A stretch of DNA of 64,000 bases from Schizochytrium sp. TIO01. Lineage: Eukaryota > Protista > Bigyra: Labyrinthulomycetes. This document shows positions 22,501 through 32,436 of the stretch, piece by piece. The notes beneath the pieces are model-generated. The model saw nothing but the letters and a program-made list of their open reading frames with translations, did not search any database and was not told the DNA's origin. How positions within the stretch are numbered: the first letter of the stretch is position 1; the number at the start of each line of letters is the position of its first letter. The position numbers were made by a program, and so were the translations under genes. The DNA lies in assembly GCA_004764695.1 (NCBI GenBank), contig SMSO01000004.1, positions 1,984,001-2,048,000 on the forward strand, read 5' to 3'.

Positions 22501-24110
22501 TGTTCATTATATAGCTGAAGTCCAAGTACCCTCGCTGGTTGAGAGTGAGTATCTTCTGTGCCCTCGAATTTGAGACTATTGACTCGAGTTCCTCAAGGCA
22601 AAAAGTTCTCGATGCGAGCTCTAAATACTCACGTACGTTCACACGCACGCCCACGCTCCTCAGTCACAGTAAGAATATCCCTCACGCTCAAGCTTGCAGT
22701 TCTCTTCTAAGGCGAGCCTTTACAAGCATGGGGGAGCGAGCGAGGGAGCGAGCGATTTCTCTGCTTTACCTTAAGAAACACTGCTGCTGCTCAGCACCGT
22801 GGAAATGTGCCACTAAGAGACTCAGAATACTTGCATCCATGGCCGCAGGGGCCATAGCATTCGAATGGACTCTCGCATTAGGAGCGCCTTCGTGGACGAA
22901 GTCTAAGGATCAACTTTTTCAAGAAAAGAACAATTCTATAAAAATTAAAACTAGAAAAAGGACAAATTGAGATTCCTATGGTGATGCAACTATAATTAAT
23001 TTCTACCATTGCATGTGACCCATAGGAATGTTTAGCTTCCTTCCATATACGCTGCTCTTGGCTATATAAATAGTTAAGAAAATTAGTGTAGAAGACCAAT
23101 GAGATAATTTTAGCCTCAGTCGAAGGCGCCCAGGTTAGTGTCGTGCGGACCAGCATGCCATAGTCGTGGTTTCCAGCTAGCTGTTCAAGACCACCTACTA
23201 GGCCGGCCCTTCCACTTGAGTAATGCTGGCAGTCTGAACTTCTTGCAAGTCGTTCTTTTCTTGAAGTTTCTTGACCGCTTTGAGCTAAATCGAAATGGGA
23301 CTATGAATAGATATGACGATTGATAGAAGGAAGTAATGAAAATACTTTCCATCCCACCATTCCTCTTACTCACGCAGGTGTGCGCTTACATTGTTCAGTA
23401 TATACCCCCCTATCGCATTCAATTCTATCGGGGAGGAAGCGTAAATGAGAGTCCTGAGGGGTATTAAGGACAAAGTGCTGTGCACGCGCGTGCTTCGGCG
23501 TATAGTAGAGGGTGCGTTTCGTACAGAAGAACAGGATGTCTATTCATAATCATTTTACCATTCTAATAATTGTCGGAGTGAATATATGATATAAATGCAG
23601 TAGGGGTGGGCGGCCGAGGAAAAGCGAGCGAGGCATCCTAACAGTGCACCTACAGACTACTTACTATATAAAGTTCACTGAGCCAGTTGAGGTAAGCCAG
23701 CGAGGGCGAGTGTGCGCAGCAATACACGCACGTGAATCGATAAGAGGCTTGAAAAAGAAGATCAAGATAATGAGAAATGTGATGGGCGTGGGGGCTATAG
23801 TTTAGTTTCCCTGTGTATTTTGTTTAGAATGATTGATCACTGGTCTGAGACCATGTTCGCTAGGTTCTGATTCCCTTGCCACTCTTTGTGAACTTTATTT
23901 TACAATCGTATTTCATCACTTGAAGCATTGCTACTTTTAAGATTTCTAAAGTAAAAAAGAGTACTACTAGGAATTATAAGTTTACCTACGTAATACTGCG
24001 TAACAGAGAAAGTGTTATAGGTAGTAGAGGAAGATGAGTTCGAAAAAGACTCGACGAACGACGCGGAGTTTGTAGGGCTGCAGCAAACTACTAGAACGTG
24101 GTGAGCCCCA

Positions 24111-26642
24111 ATGTCTTGCGGAAGCTGCGTGGATAGTAGCAGCTTGGCGAAGGGCATGATGAGCCCTTATGCAGTTGCGAACCCTGGTCTGAGCCTTGAC
24201 GAGTGGATTAAGCTGAGCGATGAAGATGCTGTGCTCGTGTCCATTAGCGAGCCTCATAAAGAAAGTAAGGGCTTTATGAAGACAAGTGTGCTGTACACGG
24301 TGCGTACTTCGAGCCGAGAGGCCTCGCATTCGGTCACAAGATCATACAAGGACTTTGTGGCATTCCGCACGGTGCTGCAGAAAAGATTTCCTGGAGCATC
24401 GGTCCCAACGTTGCCCCCTTCGCAGACACTTAACTCCAAATCTGAGCAGTTTGTCACAAAGCGTATGCATATGCTTGAGTTTTTTATGCAGGCCATTTGC
24501 AACAATCCTTTTTTCAGAAATGATGATGTTTACGATGAATTTGTCACGTCTACAGAAGCATTTGACCGTGCTCTTGCTGAAGGCACTCGTGCCGTGGATC
24601 TCGCATCTAGCGAAGGCTTCAATCGCTGGAAGCAGGCCCTCGATGAGTCCGAGGTGCAAGACACCGACCGACTTCGAGCTGCCCTCAACCGCGAGCTCGA
24701 TATGGTTCGTGTGCAGCTCAAGAACCTCCGTAAGGCTACCCAACACCAAATTGACCGCGTCGCTGCCATGGCGAACTCCTCCGTTGACCTTTACCAGGCC
24801 TTTGCAGATTTTTACGTGCTAGAACGGGACACTATTCAGTTTGTCTCGGGTCCCGCACAGTTGGCACCTTCTAGTGAATCACAGCCCGCACGCGAGGTTA
24901 CAATGGCTGATGTTCTCTTGGATGCCTCGGAGAAAATGTCTCAGTACGCTGCTGTACAGAAGAGTGATATTTACAATTCAAAGCAACTTGCCCAGGTCTT
25001 GTTGGACCCGCTTCGCTATGAGGTAAATACTGTTGATATGTGGAAGGACCATCTTGAATCGATCGCATCAAAAATTAAGGCGATGCGTCGTGCAGAACAG
25101 CTTACGCGGCAGCTGGAGAACGAAAAGAGGACCCTTGAAGAGAAGATCGAACGAGACGGTGATCCCAAGGGCAAGCTCGCTCGCAACCTTACTCAAATGA
25201 CAGAAAAAACTATTCCAGAAGCCGAGAGGATGCGCGACGAGGCTCAAGAAGATGTGATGCAGCATGAGCGCGGCTTGATGGGCATTGAACTTGCTCGCTA
25301 CAGGGCTTCTCGTACACTTCGTATGGAAGATATTCTTCGCAATTTAACTCGACTTCATACTCGCGGTCTGGACGAGCTTATGAAGATCTTCGACGGCTCC
25401 GGCAGCCGCGTTCGTCTTGGCCGCGACCCTCGGGGCCATATTGTTCTTGCGCGTAACGATACGAGTGGTTCCGTGCTGGCCGACTTTGATGACTTGTCAT
25501 CCTTTGGGGGTGCAAGTGGCTCATTTGCAGGAGACAGCTTCGATGGTGCCTCGAGCATTGTCTCAAGGCAACACGCGATGTCGCATCAGAAGCGACAGAA
25601 CAAGTTTTCTCTACGCCGTCTCGCTTCTCGTCGCAGTAAAATGGTTGACGACCCTGAGGCCTTACTTACTTCTACCATTGGTGCAGGCAACCTTGACCGC
25701 TCTAACCAAATGAGTACAGCGGCCAATCTTCGAGATGGCACCCATTTGCGTGTGCGTGAAGACTTCACTGCGACTCGCAGAGACGAGCTAGATACCACCG
25801 CTGGCGAAATCCTTACTGCCCGACGTGTGGATGATAACATGTGGTATGCAACCAACTCACGTGGCGAGGCTGGACTTGTGCCTTCCAGAGTTGTTGAGGT
25901 CTCAACTACGAACTTTGCAGGGCCGATTGAAAATGTCTTGCGCCCTGATCGTCGCAGCAAGGAGATTCCAGTGTCTGTTAACTTACAGAATGGCCCCGTT
26001 GCTCCTGTGCCGCCTCCAGGGCTCCGAGAAAAGGATCGGGCACGCATTGATGCCACAGCTCGGGCTTCTGTAAAGTTGCCTCAACCACCAGCGCCACCTG
26101 CTGAAGAGGAGCATCATGATGATGATGGCTCATCTGACTCGGAATCCGACTTGGCATATAAGCGTATGCTCGAACGCCAGCGCGAAGAAGAGCAAGAGGA
26201 AGCAGAACGTTTAGCTGAATTGGAACGCGAGCGCGAGGAGGAGCGTGTGCGCGAAGAGCAAAAAGATGACGATGATGATGATTCAAAGAGTTCACGCCGA
26301 AGCCGGAAATCAAGTAAACGTGACTCATCCAAGAGCAGCCGGCGGAAGTCCGACAAGCATTCTTCACGACGCAAGAGTAAGAGTGTGACCGCAATGGGCA
26401 GCAGTGGCGCGTCAGGAGCGAACGCTGGCTTCAGACCTCCACCTGCGATGCTGGCTGGTATTCAAGGCTTTAACAGAGGAGCACTGCACAAGGTCCCTCA
26501 AGAAGACGAATCTGGTGATATCGGTCGTGAAGCATCTCAACGCCGGTCCCAGCATTCTGGACCAGTGGGTCTTTCGAGAAGCCCTACCACCCCGATGGAA
26601 GAGTTAATGCAAAAGCTGGCATTCCGCGAGAAGATTGAATAA
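24111..26642 (+). CDS. Sorting nexin-like PX-BAR-SH3 protein with Pro-rich region, WH2 motif and C-terminal WASH/VASP-like helix
   Basis: 843-aa ORF; start may be the ATG at 24156. PX domain (VLYTVRT..VTRSYKDFVAFRTVLQKRFPGASVPTLPP..FVTKRMHMLEFFMQAI), about 24220-24550. Helical BAR-like region about 24620-25400. SH3 (VREDFTATRRDELDTTAGEIL..DNMWYA..GEAGLVPSRVV), about 25740-25900. PxxP tracts. WH2-like MLAGIQGFNRGALHKV. Terminal PMEELMQKLAFREKIE. Confidence 0.92.
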   Translation: MSCGSCVDSSSLAKGMMSPYAVANPGLSLDEWIKLSDEDAVLVSISEPHKESKGFMKTSVLYTVRTSSREASHSVTRSYKDFVAFRTVLQKRFPGASVPTLPPSQTLNSKSEQFVTKRMHMLEFFMQAICNNPFFRNDDVYDEFVTSTEAFDRALAEGTRAVDLASSEGFNRWKQALDESEVQDTDRLRAALNRELDMVRVQLKNLRKATQHQIDRVAAMANSSVDLYQAFADFYVLERDTIQFVSGPAQLAPSSESQPAREVTMADVLLDASEKMSQYAAVQKSDIYNSKQLAQVLLDPLRYEVNTVDMWKDHLESIASKIKAMRRAEQLTRQLENEKRTLEEKIERDGDPKGKLARNLTQMTEKTIPEAERMRDEAQEDVMQHERGLMGIELARYRASRTLRMEDILRNLTRLHTRGLDELMKIFDGSGSRVRLGRDPRGHIVLARNDTSGSVLADFDDLSSFGGASGSFAGDSFDGASSIVSRQHAMSHQKRQNKFSLRRLASRRSKMVDDPEALLTSTIGAGNLDRSNQMSTAANLRDGTHLRVREDFTATRRDELDTTAGEILTARRVDDNMWYATNSRGEAGLVPSRVVEVSTTNFAGPIENVLRPDRRSKEIPVSVNLQNGPVAPVPPPGLREKDRARIDATARASVKLPQPPAPPAEEEHHDDDGSSDSESDLAYKRMLERQREEEQEEAERLAELEREREEERVREEQKDDDDDDSKSSRRSRKSSKRDSSKSSRRKSDKHSSRRKSKSVTAMGSSGASGANAGFRPPPAMLAGIQGFNRGALHKVPQEDESGDIGREASQRRSQHSGPVGLSRSPTTPMEELMQKLAFREKIE

Positions 26643-27403
26643 TAATGCGTGCCCCTTCTTCGCTTCCAATATATTTTTAATGTGTGCTTATGCAGAAGCG
26701 CTACTGTTGCAGGATGCTTTTGTTCATCGCACCATTTATTGTTTACTGCTTCGACTAATAATGCTGATTCACAGTGAGAAACATCCATTGCTTTCGCTGT
26801 TCCCTTCTTTTCTTTTTTCTTTCAAGAGCAGCCCCTTTCATTTTCATTTGCCTGACCATTTGCGTCTACATTCTTTCAGATTCCCATGCACTAAGCAGAA
26901 ATCTCCAACCGTTCCATCCAACTATGAAGATATTCGGATTTCTGTATGTACTCACAATGTATCTCCTCCACTCTCACCCTGGTCATTAGGAACCTCGGTT
27001 GGCAGTGAGACCTTTTAGGACTTCACCACTCATTGGAGCCAACTTGTTTCGTACTACAAATGAACCTGCGTACCTTACGATTTTCGTAAATTTATAACGT
27101 ACCATTTGATGTTGTTATTTTCAACTGTCTTCTTCAATATATCTGGCAAAGAAATTCGCTTCTCCGAAGCGTGGTTTTGACTGTGACTAGTTATCGATGT
27201 CGTCCAGGCGTATGCTTTGACTTGGAGCTTTCCCCCATGTATGATCTATAGAAGTAGCGGCTGGCTCCTCAAGCCTCAAAGTAGGAGTACTTAGTATCTA
27301 AGTACCTTTTAAGATTTAGTGTAGCAACTTTTCCATAGTAGCAGGGATTCATAGCAAAAGTAGAATAAACTAGAAATGTTAAAATCATCAAAAACTCAAC
27401 AAG

Positions 27404-27697
27404 ATGCCCTCGTATCAAGAATCTGGGGGCAATTACAGCGATGCAGCGGGCCCGACAAGCGCCCAGAAGGCTACCATTGTGGCGCTTGTGAATGGTTTCG
27501 TGGCAGAAACAGTCTCCTTCCTAGACCGTTTCGTCGCGGACTGTGAGCGGCGCCTCGTTGGGGTCTCGATGCGTATGAAGAGAACAGAGAGTCTCTTGGC
27601 CATCTTGGAAACCAAGTTACGCAGTGTGCCTGGACTTGAGGCTCTGGATACCAACCCAAGGCCTTCTCAACAGCTTGTTGAAGACAGTTCCAGGTGA
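27404..27697 (+). CDS. WASHC3: WASH complex subunit 3 (CCDC53), short form; possible intron from 27694
   Basis: IVALVNGFVAETVSFLDRFVADCERRLVGVSMRMKRTESLLAILETKLRSVPGL matches the CCDC53 N-terminal signature (NxFi..TvxFLNrF...CEekL.....R.qq.E..L.ILEaKL.SIPGL). A donor-like cag|gtgaat at 27694 and an acceptor at 27815 would add only about 26 aa. Confidence 0.85.
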   Translation: MPSYQESGGNYSDAAGPTSAQKATIVALVNGFVAETVSFLDRFVADCERRLVGVSMRMKRTESLLAILETKLRSVPGLEALDTNPRPSQQLVEDSSR

Positions 27698-28995
27698 ATT
27701 CAACATAATGTAAATTAGCCATATCTTTGTATTTCAATGGAAAGACCATTCCACTAGGCAGGCATAAAACCAAAAGAGACTGACTGACCTATATCATCAA
27801 CTCTGATTTCTAAAGGCCAGGCCAAGAACTTGTCACAGAACACATGAAATGGCATGTATTTTGTACGCCAGGAGTAGTACTTGATCGTGAACCTTAATCT
27901 TAATCAAAATGGACAGAGCTACGTGATTGGTGGCATCAAGCACAAATCATTTTTTCCTGTTTAGACTTGAGCGTTATTGCCGTTTCGTGCTTCTTCTTTT
28001 ATCGTAGCTTCATCGCCAAGCCAATGGAGCATGAAGAATGCGCATAAAATCCACCGACTACTGTGAGTTGCTTGCAGTCAGACTTTTAAATTACCGTTCT
28101 TTCTGCAGGAAAATACATCTTCTATGAAACAAATACTCTTCATGAATGAGGAATATTCATACATCTGTTTCCACCCAAGTGGTGAGACTGGCTTGAAGAG
28201 TCGTACGCGGTCTTGTTTATTTCGTGAAAATATTTAGATCCTGCTAATGTCATCATATGCTAAGAAAAACGATTCTGTGCCATAATCTAGAGATAGGTCG
28301 AGACAAAGAACATAAAGCAATGAATATTTTGAATGTGATAAGATGGGCTTGATAATGTTCGGGAGTGTCTCTTGGGACATAGGTACAAATATTCATAGAG
28401 AGATCGTGAAAGGAAGAATGAAGGAGAGGATAGAGAATTGAGCAGAGAGAATTTAAAGATCAGAGAGTTTGCTTTATAGGGTAAATAAAAATAAGAGTAT
28501 GAGGGTCGCGACATTGAGATGCAACAACATATAGACACACGAAAAACAAATTGCTTATGGTGTATACACACAGGTTAAGTTGGAAGGGGGGTTGTTCAAA
28601 GTCAAGACACAGCGGTGCAACCACGCTTCTCCATCCTTGCAAAAAAAGAAAAAGAGGTGAGCTCATCTCTCACCACGATGTTCTTATCATGTGTACTTTT
28701 ATGGTCGTGGAGTGAGGGAGTTCCATTGTGAAGACAGAGGAGCTCACATTTGCAAGGAGAGGCGGTGCGGGGTTGCGAAACGAATACAAAGGGTAGAGAG
28801 TGCAAAGCCCATGAGAGAGGATGAATGAAGGAAAAGATATGCATCAAAAGGAGAGACAACAACCCGTGTGCAGGGAATTGTGTTTTCAGTAGGAAAGTAG
28901 TCTTCATCATCGGTAAAAAGTAAAAGGGTTTCATGGGCCTCTGCTGGAATTGGTTGCGGCGGCGGCTACTGCTGCTCGCATGGGCGCAGGGGCAC

Positions 28996-30606
28996 TTAGA
29001 CACGGAGCAGGTTTTTGTTGTTGTCCATGGAGGACTTTTCGAACCAAAGGTCTTCGGCAAATTCCTCGGGCATGGAGGCAAAGCCGGTGAGTTCAAGGTT
29101 GAATGCACAGGATGAGCACGGGTCAACACGGAGAAGCTCCTTGGTGAAGGTGCCGTCGAAGTTAGATGTGTCGATCTCGTTAGAGAGACTTGGGATAAAT
29201 TCCGGCTCGTACTCATGAGCAGCAAGACGGTCCCAGTCAAGGCCATCAAAGAACGGGTGAGCCATGACATTGGATGATCCCTCATTGCCAAAGCCCAAGC
29301 GGTCTCGCTCGTCATACTTGAGAAGCGAGGCAATAAAGTCCTTAGCATCGGCCGAGACGGGTCTCATTTTGCCCGGTGTTTTGGGGAACTGGAGGTCGCA
29401 GGCGAGGATCTTGTTGAGCATGGCCTTGCGCTCACGAGAATAAAATGGCGGGATGCGGAAGAGCATCTCGTACATGAGGATTCCGAGTGCCCACCAGTCG
29501 ACAGTCTTGCCGTAAGTAGCGTTGCGGTCGTTCTTCTTGGTGGTAGCACAGAGAATGAGCTCGGGGCTGATGTACTCTGGTGTGCCGCAGATTGAGTAGC
29601 AGCGCATCAGGTTATCATCACCACATTTGTTGAATTGAATTGAGAGTCCAAAGTCCGTGAGGCGGAGGTGTCCCTTATTATCTAAGAGAACGTTTTCCGG
29701 CTTGAGGTCACGGTAGATAATGCCGTTCTCGTGCAAGAAGGCGAGTGCGGAGGTAATTTCTGCGACGTACATGCGTGTCCTGGACTCGCTAAATACGCCT
29801 TGCCTCTGCATGTGTTGGAAGAGCTCGCCTCCAGGAGCATACTCGAGGAACATGAAGATTTTGTCCTTATTTTGGAAAGACCCGTGAAAGCTCGTCACGA
29901 ACGGGTGCTCGCCGACCGTGTGCAGCACGAGGTTTTCCATTTCTGCGTGTTCGACCTTGGTGCTTACGGGACGTACGCTGCGAGTGGTTCCTGGTTTATC
30001 CACAAGGTTGGACTTGGCAACCTCCTTGACAGCAATAAGGCGGCCTGTCTTTTTATGCCGCATGAGCATGACTTTACCATATCCACCACGACCGATCACA
30101 GAGACAGCACGAAGAGCGGCGGGGTCTGCGGGGTCTCTAAATGCGTTTCCGCCTTTGGTGGCCACAAGGATGTCAAGCGCGGTCTTTTTTGATGCAGCTT
30201 GGTTGCTTGATGATGAGGAGCCGCTGTGCGATCCAGCGCCTGCTTTCGCTAAGGCCTTCTTGGACCCAAAGACCATCCAGTTCATCACCTTGTTAAAACG
30301 CGTACCACTGGACCTGTGGCTCGCCGCGGACGCGGTGCTGACTGCGCTGGAGCAGCTCGCTGCTGACGCGGAGGAGTCATTCGACCTCGACCTCGCGTTG
30401 CGCGGCGAGGCAGAGGCGGAGGCCGAGGAGGGAGACGCGTTGTTATTGCTGCTGTTGTTTGAAGAGGTCGCCGCCGCCCCATTGACGGCGTCCTCCTCGC
30501 ACTTGCTGCTGCTCGAGTCTCCGGCCTCGCCCTTACCCATGTTGGTCCACACGGTCGAGAGGTACGAGGTGCCCTCGGCGAACCATCCCGCCAAGACACG
30601 CTCCAT
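28996..30606 (-). CDS. AGC-family Ser/Thr protein kinase (S6K/SGK/Akt-like catalytic domain) with Ser/Ala-rich N-terminus
   Basis: GRGGYGKV, IAVK, YRDLKPEN, DFGLS, SICGTPEYISPE, VDWWALGILMYEM, and AGC C-tail HPFFDGLDW..PEFIP..DTSNFD..FT. The first in-frame ATG is at 30606; the ORF track starts at an upstream TTG (30690). Confidence 0.95.
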   Translation of the reverse strand: MERVLAGWFAEGTSYLSTVWTNMGKGEAGDSSSSKCEEDAVNGAAATSSNNSSNNNASPSSASASASPRNARSRSNDSSASAASCSSAVSTASAASHRSSGTRFNKVMNWMVFGSKKALAKAGAGSHSGSSSSSNQAASKKTALDILVATKGGNAFRDPADPAALRAVSVIGRGGYGKVMLMRHKKTGRLIAVKEVAKSNLVDKPGTTRSVRPVSTKVEHAEMENLVLHTVGEHPFVTSFHGSFQNKDKIFMFLEYAPGGELFQHMQRQGVFSESRTRMYVAEITSALAFLHENGIIYRDLKPENVLLDNKGHLRLTDFGLSIQFNKCGDDNLMRCYSICGTPEYISPELILCATTKKNDRNATYGKTVDWWALGILMYEMLFRIPPFYSRERKAMLNKILACDLQFPKTPGKMRPVSADAKDFIASLLKYDERDRLGFGNEGSSNVMAHPFFDGLDWDRLAAHEYEPEFIPSLSNEIDTSNFDGTFTKELLRVDPCSSCAFNLELTGFASMPEEFAEDLWFEKSSMDNNKNLLRV

Positions 30607-31191
30607 TGTGCCTGCCTGCCTGCCTGCCGAGCGAAGGCAGAAGCAGCGGAGATGTGGAGAAGTAGGTTTCGTGTTTGCTTGCCTACTCAACGAGCGATCG
30701 TCTATTTATTCTTCACTTCTCTATTTCTCCATTGTTTCTTCCTCTCTTCCTCCTCTCTCTCTCTCATCATTCCTTGATTCATTGTTGTCATTTATATATA
30801 AGCTTTCCTTCCTTACTGAAGAACTTATAAGTTGTTCAAACAAACTAATTAATCAATAAAATAAATACTTAGTGTTGTTTTCTCCGGGTAGCTGGCCGCA
30901 ACTACCAAAAGCTGACAACTCACTCTTCGTAATGATTAGCCTTACTTCCTTCTTCTTTTTGGGTGTATAATAAACAGATTAAAACTCCTTTCTTTCTTTT
31001 CAATTAAAAATAAGAATAAGAGAAACTTTCATTCGCGTGCTCTTCTTCCAATTAGTCTTGCGGTAAATTTCTCGTTTTATTTCTTTCCCTGTTCCTCTTT
31101 TTTCTTTCTTTTTGGCGCATCGCTCACTTGTACCACTCGGAGAGGGAAAGAAAAGCACATTCGAACGACCTTAACGCAAGCTCAGCTGAGA

Positions 31192-31282
31192 TTGTTTGTT
31201 TGTTTGTTTGTTTGTTTGTTTGTTTGTTTGTTTGTTTGTTTGTTTGTTTGTTTGTTTGTTTGTTTGTTTGTTTGTTTGTTTG
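31192..31282. repeat. (TTTG)n perfect microsatellite, about 22 units
   Basis: Directly visible; it produces the spurious FVCL-repeat ORF. Confidence 0.95.
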
Positions 31283-31944
31283 AATATTGGTTTGTTTGTT
31301 GTTTCATCGATGCATTGATACCTCGATTCACCGATTACCACCACCTCCCAAAGGAAGGCAGGTATTTGTTTATCAACTAATAAATCTAATGCTCTTACTA
31401 TTATTAAAAGCCTGAGGGTGGGTAAGTATGTATGTACTTTCCACTCACTCTTTTGTTTCTTTTACTTTTTTTATTATTATTCTTAAAATAACACAAAAAA
31501 TAATAATACTAAAAACAAACAATACATTTAATTAAACATGCGTTCTATTCTCGATGATGGTTTTTATTCTTCTTCTCTTTTCGATGATACGAGCAGGAGA
31601 TTCTTACTTTTGTTGTATGTTCTTTTTATTTAAAAATGTTTTATTTTAAAGATAATGCTCAAGGTATTTACTAATTTCTCTCACTTCTGAATGGCTATTT
31701 TCATTTCATTCTTTTTTAAAACCCTGTTCTATTCATAAAAATGGCCGTAAACCAGAGTAAATAAAGTAAACGAAGCGCGGCCTCGTATTCCTCCTTTCCG
31801 CAGGGCGGAGAGAGCGGGAGCACTGTGCCCCTTCTCTTCCCAGACGGCTCTTCTTCTCTAATAGAAGATAAAAAGGCCTTCTTTCTTCAAGTCCACCATC
31901 TCGCTGCCGTTCTTTCCTACCTACAAACAAAAAACAAAATGAAA

Positions 31945-32003
31945 TAAAACAAAACAAAACAAAACAAAACAAAACAAAACAAAACAGAAAAGAAAAGAAA
32001 AGA
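31945..32003. repeat. (AAAAC)n/(AAAAG)n compound microsatellite
   Basis: Directly visible. Confidence 0.9.
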
Positions 32004-32375
32004 AACAGCCTCAAACAAAGAAGAAGACTAATCATGTTCTCTTCCTCACAAATCGACAGAGAATTCTTTCAATTAAAAGCAAACAAATAAACAAATAAAT
32101 AGACAAATAAATAGACAATCGAGGCTCTTTGCAGTGTTTCTTTGTTTAGCTCGAGGATCTCTCTCACCATAAGCATACATCATCGCAAACCAAGATCTTT
32201 CCTCAGGCAGAGACCCTCCCTTCAAAGCCGGCCAGGCACCTCTTCTCCAGGCCCTCCTCTCAAGCCGACCTGCTCGTAGAGGCAGCCTCCTCAGGCCTGC
32301 GAGAACTCCAGTAACGCAGGCAGACCCCTCCCTCCCTCCCTCGGCGAGCAATTCCTCCGTTCTTTCTCTCTCTCC

Positions 32376-32436
32376 GTTCCTTTCCGCTGTTCTTTTCCGC
32401 TGTTCCTTTCCGCTGTTCCTTTCCGCTGTTCCTTTC
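32376..32436. repeat. 13-bp minisatellite (gttcctttccgct), about 4.5 copies
   Basis: gttcctttccgctgttcttttccgctgttcctttccgctgttcctttccgctgttcctttcgg. Confidence 0.85.

Noticed and set aside
23664-24020. TATA-like tatataaa, donor gag|gtaagc (23692) and acceptor near 24020 upstream of the sorting nexin
   Set aside because: A plausible 5'UTR intron, but the TATA-to-donor spacing is too short and nothing can be confirmed without transcripts.
28602-29348. 248-aa minus-strand ORF overlapping the kinase 3' end
   Set aside because: Alternate frame of the kinase plus 3'UTR; no domain signal.
29918-30859. 313-aa plus-strand ORF
   Set aside because: Antisense mirror of the GC-rich kinase coding region; no independent motif.
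31192-31380. ORF MFVCLFVCL... and similar ORFs at 5860, 31733, 35427 and 38125
   Set aside because: Translations of microsatellites.
32376-32436. Regularly repeated unit considered as a CRISPR-like array
   Set aside because: Head-to-tail minisatellite with no spacers and no cas genes; eukaryotic context.
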